Positions 42,170 through 56,060 of a stretch of DNA of 64,000 nucleotides are shown piece by piece (position 1 is the first letter of the stretch; the number at the start of each line of letters is the position of its first letter). Both the position numbers and the translations under genes were made by a program. Location: assembly GCF_009914755.1 (NCBI RefSeq), contig NC_060928.1, one strand, 5' to 3'. Under the pieces are notes generated by a model that saw only the letters and a list, made by a program, of their open reading frames with translations, was not told where the DNA came from and did not search any database. This stretch comes from the human T2T-CHM13v2.0 reference genome, Homo sapiens.

Positions 42170-42315
42170 TATTCCACCTCTACCACTTGATAGCTGAGTG
42201 TCATGGGAGAAATTTATTAACCTCTCTGGGCTGCAGTTTCCTCATCTGACAATTGGGGAACACGTCTAACTGGTAGTACTGTATGAAAAGTAAATAAAAT
42301 ATGTAAATGTCATTA
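42170..42315 (+). mobile_element. MIR fragment
   Basis: TTAACCTCTCTGGGCTGCAGTTTCCTCATCTG MIR core. Confidence 0.75.
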
Positions 42316-42324
42316 AATGAGACC

Positions 42325-42540
42325 TACATAGTGAAAGGCAGGACAAACATGGCCTCTGGTGTTTGATTCCTATGTGTGTGGCCTTCCTTAACAAATTGCT
42401 TAACATCTCTGCCTCAATGTCCTAGTTTTTAAAATTGAGATAATAATGGCACCTCTCTCATAGGACTGTGAAGAATAAAAGAGTTAATAAATGGAAAAAT
42501 GGTACAGTTTAGCTCCCAACAAAAGTTAACTATTCTCTAT
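42325..42540 (+). mobile_element. MIR fragment
   Basis: CTTAACATCTCTGCCTCA...GATAATAATGGCACCTCTCTCATAGG..TGTGAAGAAT. Confidence 0.7.
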
Positions 42541-43699
42541 TACATCAAAATAAGATGTAGAATATACTTCCAGTGAATATGAAAACAAAAAAGCCCATAA
42601 TTTGATAGCTACATTTTAGAAAGAAGTATGGCTAACTCAGAAGTCAAGTTCAAATAATTTCTTACCAGAAATCATTTAAACTACTTAACCAGGTTTAAAG
42701 CTTGAATTGCACTTACCTAAAATATTTCTTCTAATGAAAAATAAAAAGATAATAAACCATAGCTTACTCTTATCTGTTCGCTCTTTATTTTCTATGGTAA
42801 ATACTAAATCTTCTGATCTTTAATTATATGTGCTAACAGTAGTCTCACAAAATCTAATACCGATCTGTAAACATGAGTTAGACAATATTTGTAGAACTTG
42901 ATATAATGTTAATTTACAATTTTCGGCTCTACAAATGTTTGCATAAATAATGAATTGAGGTGTTGATGTTTCCATGATCTTTGTTTAATTAGACACTTTT
43001 GGCAATTCAACACAATTGTAAGGGAAAAAATGACAGATAATTTCTTCTTTGCATTCAATTTAATTATGTAAGCTGTTTGGAAAATAAATTTCCAAAAATC
43101 TTTCACATGCCACTGTAGCTTCTCTGTCCCATCTAATGAAAAACTGCTATGTTTAATTTGTTATAAAATATTCACAATTCATTTTAATAGTTTCAGAAAA
43201 AAAGATTAATGGTATTGTTTTAGAAAAGCATTAATTACAGAGATACTCCCTTCTCTGTAGATCTTTCACACACATAGGAACAAATAAATTTCTCTTTCTT
43301 CTAGAAATCTATAGATCAAGAGGTGAGGGCAGCATTCTCTAATTTAGAATATTCATTATAAATCTATAAATGAAGGCCGTAATAAAATGTGAACTTGAAA
43401 TTTAGGATGAATTTAGTTCTCTCTCACAAATGCTTTGTGATGTGTTGTGTATTGGTATACACCCAAACATATGTACAAACACTTGACTAGAAGACTGAAA
43501 ATGAAGCCCCTTATCCTAATTCAAAATATTCTTTTAAAAAGTGAATACACTCTCAGGATACAAATAAAACTGTTAATGTGTATATCACCATGTTAAAACA
43601 GTGTCCTTGTTATTATTCCATAGCAACTGACACTAAAGTAATGCCATGGGTTGCCACATTCTGCCTGTTAACTTCAAGCATCTGGTTAAACTTATTCCT

Positions 43700-45480
43700 T
43701 CATTATTAAAAAAAAAATAGGGTTAAAAAAGTCTGAGGATTCAGAAAGAAAGATCAGAATAAACAAGTCTACCTTCAAAGGCAAAGAATGTTATAAGGAG
43801 ATGCGTGTGCACGTGTGTGTGTGTGTAAGTATGTTCAGAGGATTTCAAGATGTTCTAGAAATTCAAGAAGCTTTAACTTTGTAACACAAGGACAGGGAAT
43901 TAGGAAAGGGGAAAAAATAAGAAAGTGTTTTTGAAAAACTAACTGCCACTTTGAACACAGAAATAACTGTATAGAAGGGTAACAATTCTATAAAAGAGCA
44001 ACAGATTAACTGAGCATTGAACACCAAATATGACTTAAATAAATCACATGTACATAAATTATTGTGTAATGTTACACATTAAAGGCAAAAATAATTTTCC
44101 CAATGGTTTCAGACAGCAAACAATAAAACAACAGGCAAGTGAACTTTGAGGAAACCAGAATCAGAACAGCATTATGTTTTTCATCAGTGAGAGGAAATGT
44201 TAGCAGACAGCGGAGCAAGGTCTCAAAGCAGAGAGGGAAAATGTGATAAAATCTAGAATTCTATATCTCAACAAATTATTAATCAATTTTTACTTGATAA
44301 GCAAAGTTCATTAATGCAAAATTATTCGACATTTACTTACATAAAGAGTTCCTCCCAAGGAAATTATTTGCACATCGATTCTGGAAAAGTGAGAGAAAAA
44401 AACAAAAATAGTGAATATTTTTTTAAGGCCTAATTCTCAACTTCTTTTCACCCCTTATTCTCCTAAAGCAACAGTAGGGAATGGGGGAGAGGTCAGTTAA
44501 GTCCTTTTTAAATGCTGCTATGAGGAAAAGTTAAATGCTAGTAAATTAAAACTATATGGTAAATTGGTTTTTAGGAGATGACTATCCAGCTATCTAAAAG
44601 ATGTTAGGACTTAGGGTTCTATGAAGAACCAAAAACAACTGTAATCAGCGATTGTTGATTGACGATTATACTGTTGTAAAATATAGTCATAGTTCAAAAA
44701 CATGTAAACACAAAGTCAGCATGATTTTAAGAGTTAGTGAAATATAAAAAGTAAAAATACACTTGCCATTGACAGTAAGACTATTCACTATTGAACGGCA
44801 CAGCTGCAGTGACATTAGAAACTAGAAGAGGAAATGGAACTATGTACAATACTTCGTTCTGAATCGAACAACAGTTACACAATCATCATAATAAACCAAT
44901 TTTTAATTTTCAACTTTTAGGATCAAACTGTGCAGAAAGCAAAACACAGTTAACTATTTGTAACATAATAGGATATAAATATTATCAGTCTTAAAGTGAA
45001 AATTAATGTGAGGATAGAGGCACTAACATGCTTCTCTCACAAAATAGAAATTGGAAACATGATGTTTATAGTTGTTAAAATTTGGACATTTCAGTAGGTT
45101 TTCTAAAAAAGTAACAAGAAAAATTAATTGAAAGTTTTTAGGATATTAAAATGATCAAGAATTGGAATAAAGAAGGTGGGAGGGGAGTTGAGGGTAGAGA
45201 AATAAGTTAATAGCTCATCTATCACAAGCCAAGGACAATAGAAAAATATCTATAGTCGATGAATCAGAAAATAACAGTATAAACATATGTGTTAGCTATG
45301 TGAAGGCAAGCAACAGAACAGCTCTGAGCAGACATTAATACAGCCTCAGTGAGCAGAGCTGGGCATGCAGAAGGTTAGGGCAAACAATTGCTGAGTTTAA
45401 CTCCATCAATAACATATAATTTATTTTTTAAGACTATGTATACCACTCTGAGGTTGTTTTTAAAAATTAAAAAAACAAAT
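43700..45480 (+). mobile_element. HAL1 / ancient L1 ORF1-like element
   Basis: ORF1-like AGAATCAGA...CTAGAATTCTATATC.CA.CAAATTAT followed by a long non-ORF2 3' region and an A-rich end. Confidence 0.55.
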
Positions 45481-45854
45481 ATATATGTCCTAAGTTTTAA
45501 TGGTATTTTACTTATTGTGAGATAAGTTTTGACAAACATGGTGTTAAACTAATACTTCTAGTAAGTTCAAACAAATGATGAATTGCATTCTTTATATTGC
45601 TATAAAAAGAATAATTGGAATTTTTTAAAAATACTTTTGTTAATACTTTAATATTTCAGGTATTATTTTATGCCATAAAATATCATTGTTCACTTTTGTG
45701 AAGTAAAAAATATATAACTATATTATAAATTCTACCTACAGATACTTTTCCTAGATTTTTCTCCTTTACTTTTTTCATTTGTGTACAATTAATAATTAAC
45801 AACTTAGGTTTCTGAATTCTAAAAATTTGGAAAATAATAACATGATTAACAACG

Positions 45855-46020
45855 GGAGCTAGCATTATTAATTGAAGATGATGAGTCAGACACTGCGCTA
45901 ACTGCTCTAAAGGCATTATCTCATTTATTAGTCACAATAGCCTTCTCACTTAGGAATTCTCATGACCTCTGCTTTGAATACAGGGAAATAGAGGCTAAGG
46001 TGGCAAAGCATCTTGCTCCA
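45855..46020 (-). mobile_element. MIR fragment
   Basis: CAGACACTGCGCTAA...CATTATCTCATTTA...GAAATAGAGGCT. Confidence 0.7.
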
Positions 46021-46029
46021 GATTTCCTC

Positions 46030-46430
46030 TTTCATTTAGTCAATACATATTTATTAAAAATGCATCATTCAATAGGTTTGGTACACATCAATGGGGAAAA
46101 AAAACAGACAAAACAACATTTTCCCCTGATGGAACTTACATTTTAATGGGTGGTTATACCATTAACAAATAAATGAAATAAATAAATTGTGTAGTTTTCT
46201 ACAAAATAATAAATATTATGAAGAAATGGATGTCATAAAACAGATTGGTACACAATAGCAATTTAAACTATGGTTGTCAAGATACGTCTCGTTAAGAAGG
46301 CAGAATCTGAGCAAAGATTGGAAGGTTGTGAAGACAATAGCTATGTGGATGTATGCATGGAGGTCACTGAAGGCAGGAGTAGCCAGTGGAAAACTTTAAG
46401 ACAAGAGCATTAGGACATGTCCGGAGGAGA
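46030..46430 (-). mobile_element. L2 fragment
   Basis: CATATTTATT...CCCTGATGGAACTTACATT...TCTGAGCAAAGA.TGGAAGG. Confidence 0.7.
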
Positions 46431-46449
46431 GAGTTTATAAAGAATAACA

Positions 46450-47094
46450 GATGTGGAGAAATAGGAACACTTTTACACAGTTGGTGGGACTGTAAACTAG
46501 TTCAACCATTGTTGAAGACAGTGTGGTGATTCCTCAAGGATCTAGAACTAGAAATACCATTTGATCCAGCCATCCCATTACTGGGTATATACCCAAAGGA
46601 TTATAAATCATGCTGCTATAAAGACACATGCACACATATGTTTATTGCGGCACTATTCACAATAGCAAAGACTTGGAACCAACCTAAATGTCCATCAATG
46701 ATAGACTGGATTAAGAAAATGTGGCACATATGCACCATGGAATACTATGCAGCCATAAAAAAGGATGAGTTCATGTCCTTTGTAGGGACATGGATGAAGC
46801 TGGAAACCATCATTCTGAGCAAACTATCTCAAGGACAGAAAACCAAACACCGCATGTTCTCACTCACAGGTGGGAACCGAACAACGAGAACACTTGGACA
46901 CAGGGTGGGAAACATCACACATCGGGGCCTGTCGTGGGGTGGGGAGAGCGGGGAGAGATAGCATTAGGAGATATACCTAATGTAAATGATGAGTTAATGG
47001 GTGCAGCACACCAATATGGCACATGTATACATATGTAACAAACCTGTACGTTGTGTACATGTACCCTATAAAGTGTAATAATAATTAAAAAAAA
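46450..47094 (+). mobile_element. L1PA4/5-like 5'-truncated 3' end (ORF2 C-terminus and 3' UTR)
   Basis: ORF 46638-46961 encodes MFIAALFTIAKTWNQPKCPS...HRMFSLTGGN (L1 ORF2p C-terminus); young L1PA 3' UTR; A tail; possible TSD AAAGAAT. Confidence 0.96.
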
Positions 47095-49590
47095 GAATTT
47101 CAACTTTTACTAGAAGTGTAATAAGCTACTCATAATTCTCAAAATGTTATGAGAAATAAAACAGTGACTATGCCTGAGTGAATGAGGCAATTCTCAGCAA
47201 GAAAGTCACACTCCAGCTTAGACTGGAATTATTATTAAGAGCCCACTGCATGGTCTGGAGAGAGGAGTGTGAGCAAAGGAATGAGCAAATGACATGTTAA
47301 AGATACCAACCAAGTCATGGCCGCATGTGGGTTGTGAGAGACCAAAGTTTCTGCACGAATGAAAATCAGAAGACTTGGATAAAACCAAACATTACAATTT
47401 AAATGCTATATAGAGATTTAGAAGTTTTTTTTTTTTTTAATGTAGGCTATTGCGTACCAGAGAACATTTTTAAACAGGTTGTTTAGGTGTCACTTCTTAT
47501 TGTAACCTATTCTGTCAGGCAAAATTAATAACCTTCTATTCATTCACTTGTAGAAAGTGGTTCTTAAACTTGGAATCGAATGTGGTGTTTTTTTTCCCAA
47601 GAAGATTCCACTGGTGGTGCTGTGGAGGATATGCTCAGCAAACAAATTTTAAAAAATCTAAAAGCATGTACTGTTATAGGGTTTCAAGCTTAGTGCAATG
47701 GCAGCCCAGAGAAATGAAGCAATTGGTAATTATGATAGGTGGTTGGGGTGACATATAGGGGTTGGTCTTCCAAGGACAAAAGAATCACAGGGGTATTTAA
47801 GGGGAATACTTGCATACAGAAGACAAAATGAGGCTTAAAAACAAGGACTGGATGATGACTTGGTTAAAGTACAAAATTGTATGCAACCTAAAAACCTAGA
47901 ACATATTTCACAAGCTACAAAACTATTTACCACATTTTGCTTGCATTTAACAGTTAATAAAGATGAGGCTTCCATCTGTGAGCACCTTTTCCAGTACTAA
48001 GATAAGCTTTTCTGATTCTCATCTGAAACGTTAGAATTTTGAATTTGGTAATATTTAATGTTTCTATCAGTTCTATAAGTCTACAAAATACCAAAGGTAA
48101 AATTGTATTTTTTTTTTTTTTGCTAACCTCCAAATCACTTTCACCATTTAGACTAGTTATTTTTCTCTAATGTAGAATCTGACTTGTATTAGATGTCATT
48201 TAGTTCTATAAAGGCAACATGAAGGCTTTTATGATGATTTATGTAATCAAATAAATATTACAAATGCTAATTACCACAATTACTTTTATCTCCCCTAAAA
48301 ATCAAATATTCAGATGACCTTTATGTTGCTTGTTAGATGTCCTCCCTCTTTTGTGAGCGTCACACAAAATTGCTTGTTCTCTGCGACAATTTCCTCTTCT
48401 GTCACTAACATAAGCAAAAGCTAATTTTCTCATAGACAGAGAAAAAAACTTATTTAAATACTATATTACTCAGTAAGAGGTAATGTAAAATTTTCAGCTC
48501 AAGGTATCTTGTATCATTATTGCCCCACTCTTGTGGATTTCTTTGAATAGAAAGATACTAAGTAGGCTTTCTACAGAGGAGAGTGTAATAAAATACCTAG
48601 TAATTCTTTTACAATTAGTGGAAAAACCAGAATAATAAAAATATATGAGTGTTAGTATATTTCCCTCCAAAGGACATACTCAGTGCCTGCTCAAATTTAT
48701 ATTTAGGATTGAGCAATTGTGTTACATATTTTTTCTGTATGTGAATTTTTTGGTGATGTCCACATAAGTGCTATTTATCCCAATCTTTCCCCATATGCTG
48801 GGAAAAAATTATTTTCTTAAAATGATCTTGCATATAACACTAATAGTTTACTTTTTACTTTTTAAAAAATAAATTATACAATTTGATATGTAATGAAGAA
48901 ATAATATTGATTTCTAGTCTTCATGAAAGAGATCTAAAAAACTAATCTATTACTTCTATTAGTGAAATAAAACACTACATTTCAAAAAACTTAAACACAG
49001 TTTAAATCAACAATTTATTTTAAATTATTAAAATATTAAAAATATTTTAAATTATAAAATAACAAATCCTTATTTAAAATTCTGAGACTATGACATTTAT
49101 CAAAAGCTGATGATCCCTCATATAGAATAAAACAAACATTATATTTTAGACTCCATGTGATTTAGAAAATACTAGGGTATTAAAAATAATTTATGAGTTT
49201 TGGTTTTCTTTCTTCCCCCAAAATATTAATTATATATTAGACATTGTTCAAGAGATTACTATAGATATAGATATATAGATTCATAAATACATAAGTAGAG
49301 TATGTTTCAGATTCACTCATTGAAAATACCTTTTCTGGGCCTACTCCATGGAGATGTAATAGTAAACGAGAGAAAAATTCTGCCCTCATGAAGTTCATGT
49401 TCTACTTCAGTAGACTAGCACAAATAAATGAATACATAAGCATGTCATTTTTTAGTAAGGGACATGAGGAAAAGAATAAAGCAGAATGGTGGGGAGTGAT
49501 GGAGCTAGTGGACATTTTACATTATGAAGTTAGAGAAGGTGTTCCAGTAAGTGTTCATCAGAGAGACTTGGATAAAATGAGGAAGCAAGC

Positions 49591-50159
49591 TGTGCAGTAA
49601 AAGATTAATGGTGCCCAAAGAAAAGTGGCTCTTTGCTCCCACCCCTAGGAGGTAACCTCTAAGTCCTTGAAAAGTTCCATCTTATGAATGACTTTGTTTT
49701 CCTGAGGGCCTGGGACCATGCTAAATATTCTATATTAACGATGTGATTTATTATAGGGGGTCTTGGGCCACAGAGTAACAGCTCAACTTCTAAAGGGGCT
49801 GGAGTCTAAGGTCAGTAGTGTGAGTGTTCAGCCTTGTGTATCTGATGCATCCCCAATAAAATCTTTGGATATTAATGCTTAGTATAGCATTCTTATGTTG
49901 ACAACATTTTATGCATATCATCAAGTGCTGTTTTAGGGAGAAATGAACACTGTCCACATGATACCACTATGAGGACAAATGAAAATTCTACCTTTGGTTA
50001 TCCTAAATTCTGCCCTGTTTTTCTGTTGCTAGTTTTAATCAATATCCTTTCAGTGTAACAGTATGCATTCATGAGTATAATGGCTATTCTCAGCTCTATA
50101 AGTCTTTCTAATGAATTATGAAAACCTGAAGTAGTCTCAGGAACTTCCTGAAGTTTGTA
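49591..50159 (+). mobile_element. MER77/MER21-family ERVL LTR
   Basis: TGTGCAGTAAA start, GGAGGTAACCTCTAAGTCCTTG, GGGGCTGGAG.CT.AGGTCAG, CCCCAATAAAA; 5-bp TSD CAAGC. Confidence 0.75.
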
Positions 50160-50949
50160 CAAGCCAGATGAAAGTCTCAATAAAGTTCACTATTAAAAGA
50201 GAAAGAGTAAGTACAAAGAACCTGGGGTAAAAATTAATTTGGCACCTTCAAGAAAGTAAAATGAAAACTATGACTACAGCAAAATTAGGAGTAGGAAGGA
50301 GAAAGCTAGAAAGTGACGACACCAACAGACTTACATAGGTCCATGATAAGGTATTTGGAAGTTGTTATGAATGTGAAGTGAAGCCATTTGAGAGTTTTGA
50401 TCAAGAAAAAGACATAATCTGTATTTATTCTTTAAAGCACAAGTCTCACCTGCTTTGTAGAAAATTCACAAAATGGGAGAAATATTAGAAGTAAGGAGAC
50501 CAGTTAGAGGCTGTTGCATTAAAGTGTGAGTAAAATGACGGTCTTGTGTACTTGGTGGTGGTAGGGGAGTGGAAGGGTTAAGATTGTGAAAAGTTGTCAG
50601 ATTCATTACATATTTTGAGAATACAGATGGCAAACCTTACTGATGGATGGGATGAGGGTAGAGATAGAAAGAGAGAGATCAAACAGGTACTCCAAGATTT
50701 TTGGCTTGAACAAGTAGGTATCTGGGGCTGCTAATTACTAAGATATGAACACTGAATGACCGAGATGTGAGGAAGATATCAGGTATGCTACTGTGGAAGA
50801 GTTTAAGTTTGAGCTAAGTACTGGATATTTGTGCAGAGATATTTAGTAGACACTTAAATATACGTATCCAGTGCTATGAGGTAATATCATAGATAAACAT
50901 ATATAATTGAGAATTATTAGAATTTAGATGGTATAGATTAGGATAAAGT

Positions 50950-51148
50950 ATGAAACATGGGTCAAATCTATGCCACCACCTTTTTTTATGAATAAAGTTT
51001 TATTGAAACACAGTTATGCCTATTAGTTTCCCTATTGCCTATGGCTGCTTTCACACTACATTGACAAAGTTGCACAGTTGTGATTGAGACAGTGTGATCC
51101 AATAGCCTCATTATTTACCATTTGACAATAAAGTTTGCTTATTCCTGG
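50950..51148 (+). mobile_element. MER58A (hAT-Charlie)
   Basis: AATAAAGTTTTATTGAAACACAG, CTATGGCTGCTTTCACACTACA, AAAGTTTGC...CCTG end. Confidence 0.85.
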
Positions 51149-51968
51149 TTAAGATATTATTTTAAATCATGAGACTTGATGGGATCACCTAAGACAGTAG
51201 TGCTTCTCCTAGAATCTTCTTTTTGTGCCTATGTATATGCTAAAGTATGTGGTTACACTGAAGATACAAATTTTAAAGCCATCAGTAATAAAAATATAGT
51301 GAATAATCAGTAACTTAGATCTAGATGAGATTGTCTATGAAATAAGAATAATTGAATAAAACAGTCAGCAACTGAGCCGTGGGAAATTCCAATATTTAGA
51401 TCCTGGGATGAGGGCAATTCAAAAGGGAAGTACCTTAGATGTGTCAATAAAGGTAAGGTGAGAGCATGTGTCCTGAAAACAAAGTGAAGAAAGATAATTT
51501 AAAATTTCCTTATTGATTCTGCCAATGTCCTCTGATTTTATTGTGGTTCAATGTGATATGAGTATTGTGATTCACTAAGTAAACAAACCCATTAAGAGAA
51601 TGGTAGCCTTGCTGAAAACAATCAAATGAATAACCCTCCTCCCCAGAAAAATAAATAAAAACAAACTCAACATAAATACGTTGATAAGGTTTGTGATTTG
51701 GAACTTTCTACATACATTATTTCACAAAGTTGTCTCTGAAAAAAGAATGTATTACTCCCCAATCAAATGAAGTTCAGCAGGGTCAATCTTATTGAAAATT
51801 GTAAGGCTCATAAAATTATATTTTTCTTTTGTTTTCATTCTTACTTCCCCCCAAAATGAATCATTTTCTCACATCATATATTCAATACTCTCTTTCTTTA
51901 TTGATTATGTCTTCCTGGAATTTAATAGCTGATAAAAGTTCTTCTGGCCAGCTGATAAGTATACTGAG

Positions 51969-52342
51969 TGATATGGTTAAGTTTTGTGTACCCACCCAAA
52001 TCTCATCTTGAATTTTAATCCCCATAATCCGCATGTGTCAAAGGAGAGACCAGGTGGAGGTAACTGAATCATGGGGGCAGTTTCCCCCATGCTGTTCTCA
52101 TCATAATGAATGATTTCTCATGAGATCTGATGGTTTTACAAGGGGCTTTTCCCCCTTCTCTCAGCACTTCTTCCTGCCACCTTGTGAAGAAGGTGACTTG
52201 CTTCCTCTTCACCTTCTGCCATGACTGTAAGGTTCTTGATATCTCCCCAGCCATGCTAAATTGTGTCAGTTGATCCTCTTTCTTTTAAAAATTACCCAGT
52301 CTCAGGCAGTTCTTTATAGCAGTATAAAAACAGGCTAACATA
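51969..52342 (+). mobile_element. THE1D-like MaLR solo LTR
   Basis: TGATATGGTT...CCCACCCAAATCTCATCTTGAATT, GAGATCTGATGGTTTTA, TTACCCAGTCTCAGGCAGTTCTTTATAGCAG. Confidence 0.92.
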
Positions 52343-54899
52343 CTATGCCTAACAAAAGTGTAAACATCTCTCTTAGTTTATTCATTTATATATAATTACA
52401 AATCATATTAATTGCAAACTCTTTTTTTATAGAAAAATTATATACAGAGAATGATTCTTAGAAAATGGCAGAGTAGGAAGTACCAGGAATCTTTCTTCAT
52501 ACCTAGATAACAATTGCACTGGGAGAACCATCTGATATAACTGTTTTGGAACTCTAGAGTCCATTGAAGGCTTGCAACATCTAAGGGAAGACCTGAAAGG
52601 TAAATAGCCATTAATTTCAGTCAATTTCAACTCTTATCACAGTATCAACTGTCAATCCTCTCCCACCCCAATGGCAAGCAGCAGTGCACATTGCAGGAGT
52701 GGCTTACACAAAGTTTTTGAGAGTCCAGGTTGGAAAAAGGACTCTGTCTTCCAAATACAAGGGATCTGTGTTCTAATCTTTGATTGATGCTTCTGATCAT
52801 TAAGATGCAAACACAAAAGCAAGTGACTGTTGTTTTTGCACCTCTCGCCATTGTTGTGAGACCCTACCCCTCCCACTGAAGTTATTTTCAGGAGATTTCA
52901 TAGGCCAGGGCCTTTTTAAAACTTTCACATATTTTTTCTCACTTAGTCACCAAACATTAAGGAACAACACTTTCAAAAACAAACACATACATGGAGGAAA
53001 ACAGAAAGTTACTGTACATGCCCAAGGAAAGAAGCCACCTCAGAAAAGACCTGTAAAGAGTTTAAGGTTATAACTCAAGCTGATCCTCAATACGGAGGCA
53101 GCCTATAGTGATACAAACAAAAGGAGCAAACCCTAGAGAAAGGGAAGTCTCTGATTTTCAGAGTCATCATATTATTGAAATCAAATACTGTTTTCAATAA
53201 CAACAAAACAAATCACAGATCACACAAAGAAACAGAAATGTATGGTCCATCCAAGGGAAAATACATTATAGCAACAAGAACTGCTCCTGCAAAATACCTG
53301 ATGGAGAATCTACTAGCCAAAGTTTTTGAGCAACCCTTTTGAAGATGCTTAAAGAATTCAAGGAAGACATACAGAAAGCTAAAAATCAGCCTGAACAAAA
53401 TAACAATATAAATAAAGAGATAAAACACCTAAAAATCAACCAAAAAGAAAATCTGGAGCTGAAAAGCACAATTACGGAAATGAAAAGTTTATTAGAGAAA
53501 GTTAAGGCAATTTTGAGCATCCTATATCTAGCAAACTGTCAATCAAAAATGAGGAAGAAATTAAGACATTCCCAGATAAACAAAACCTGAGGGAGATCAT
53601 TCCCAATAAACCTGTTCTGCAATATGCTAAAGGGAATCTTGCAGATGAAATGAAAGGTCACTAGACAGTAACTTGAAGCTGAAATAACTAAATAAAGATT
53701 TCAATACAAGTAAATACATAGGCAATTATGAAAACTAGTATTATTATAACAATGCTCTGTAACTTCATGTTTGTTTTCTACACAATTTAAGAAGCTAATA
53801 ACATCTAAACATATTAGTTTAGGTTTACGGACACACAATGTGTTAAGATGTAATATTTCAAAACAACAACTTAAAGGGCTGGGGATAAAGATATAAAGAA
53901 GCAAAGTTTTTATATCTTACTGAAGTTAAACTGGCATAAATTTAAATTAGAGCGTTTTAACTTTATTGTGTTAAAAGTACTCCCATGGTAACCACCAAGA
54001 AATAGCTAAAGAATATACACAAAAGAAAATAAGAAAATAATTTAAATCTTTTACTACAAACCAACAACACAAAAGAAGATATTAATGCAGGAAATGAAAG
54101 ACAAAAATGTTATAAAACATATGAAAACAAATAACAGAGTGACAGAGTCCCTTCTTATCACCTACTACTTTAAGCATAAATAGATTGAACTCTCCAATCA
54201 AAAGACAAAAACTTCAGAATGAATTTAAAAACAACCATGATCCATCTATTTGCCATCCACAAGATATTTTAGATCTAAAGACATGTGCAGGTTGAAAGTG
54301 AATGGGTGGAAAAGAATATTGCATAACAATAGTAATCAAAAGAGCATATAGGTGGCTATATTACTATCAGACAAAATAAGCTTTAAATTGAAACAGCTTA
54401 CAAGAGCGAGAGAATACTATATATTAAAAGTTTCAATACAATAATAAGATACGAGAATTATAAACATGTACACACCTAATCACAGACCAAAACATATAAA
54501 ACAAAAATGGACAGAATTGAAGGAAGAAATAGGAAGTTCTACAACAATGCTTGGAGACTTCAAAATTCTACCTTCACTAATGATAGACCAGACAGGAGAT
54601 AAGTAAAGAAAAAAAGGCTTTAATAATGCAATAAACCCTCTAGATCCAACAGACATATACAGAACACTTTGCCTAACAATAACGGAATACACATATTCTT
54701 CTCAAGTGAATATGGGACATATTCCAGGATAGACCATATTATGATATGAGCCACAAATTAAGTCCCAATAGCCTTCAAAAATAGATACGGTACAAAGTAT
54801 CTGCTCTGACTATATAACTAAACGAAGTTAGAAACCAGTAACAGAAGGAAAACTGGAAAATGCATAAACAAATTTGTTTAAGTTAAGCAGCACATTCTT

Positions 54900-55192
54900 T
54901 TTTTTTTTTTTTTTTTAGACGGAGTCTCATTCTGTCGCCAGGCTGTAGTGCAGTGGCGATCTTGGCTCACTGCAACCTCCGACTCCTGGGTTCAAACGAT
55001 TCTCCTGCCTCAGCCTTCCAAGTAGCTGGGATTACAGGCGTGTGCCACTACACCAAGATAATTTTTGTAAGTTTAGTAGAGATGGGGTTTCACCGTGTTG
55101 GCCAGGATGTTCTGGATCTCCTGACCTCGTGATCCACCCGCCTCGGCCTCCCAAATTTCTGGGATTACAGGCGTAAGCCACCGCGCCCGGCC
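54900..55192 (-). mobile_element. AluSc-like
   Basis: GTCGCCAGGCTG, GACCTCGTGATCC; 17-bp TSD TTAAGCAGCACATTCTT (54883-54899, 55194-55210). Confidence 0.95.
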
Positions 55193-55347
55193 ATTAAGCA
55201 GCACATTCTTAAACAACCAGTAGATAAAATAAAAAATCACAAGGGGATTTAGAAAATACCTTTAGACAAATAAAAATGAAAACTCAACATACGAAAACTT
55301 ACGGTGTTTGTCAAAACCAGTTCTAGCAGGGAAATTTACATCTATAA

Positions 55348-56060
55348 ACAAACAACCCCATTAAAAAGTGGGCAAAATATATGTACAGACACTTTTTTAA
55401 AAAAGACATACATGCGACCAACAAGCACATGGAAAAAAACCCTGCAACTGTTGGTGGAAGTGTAAATTAGTTCAACCATTGTGGAAAACAGTGTGATGAT
55501 TCCTCAAAGACCTAAAAACAGAACTGTCATTCATCCCAGAAATCCCATTACTGGGTATATACCCAAAGAAATATAAATCATTCTATCATAAAGGCGCATG
55601 CATGTGAACAGCATTATTAACAAGAACAAAGACATAGAATAAATCTAGTTGTCCATCAATGGATGAATGGATAAAGAAAATGTACATATACATCAAGGAA
55701 TACCACGAAACCATAAAAAAGGGCAAGATCGTGTTCTTTGCAGGAGCGTGGATGGAGCTGGAGGCCATTATCCTTAGCAAACTAATGCAGGAATAGAAAA
55801 CCCAATGCCACATGTTCTCACGTATAAGTGGGAGCTAAATGATGAGAACACATGGACACACAGAGAGGAACAACACTTGCTTGGGCCTATTTATGGGTGG
55901 AGAGTGAGAGGAAGGAGAGAATCAGAAAAAATAACTAATGGGTACTAGGTTTAATACTTGGATAATGAAATAATCTGTGCAACAAATCCCCATGACACAA
56001 GTTTACCTATGGAACAAACCTGCACATGTACTCCTGAACCTAAAATAACAGTTAAAAACA
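55348..56060 (+). mobile_element. L1PA13-16-like 3' fragment nested in L1MB
   Basis: CCCCATTAAAAAGTGGGCAAA, GTGGGAGCTAAATGATGAGAACACATGG, CCCCATGACACAAGTTTACCTAT; internal jump near 55441. Confidence 0.9.

Larger units (their letters stand above)
49310..51500 (-). mobile_element. L2 element interrupted by an LTR and MER58
   Basis: CTGCCCTCATGAAGTTCATGTTCTA, GGAGACCAGTTAGAGGCTGTTGCA, CTCCAAGATTTTTGGCTTGAAC, AACTGAGCCGTGGG. Confidence 0.8.
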
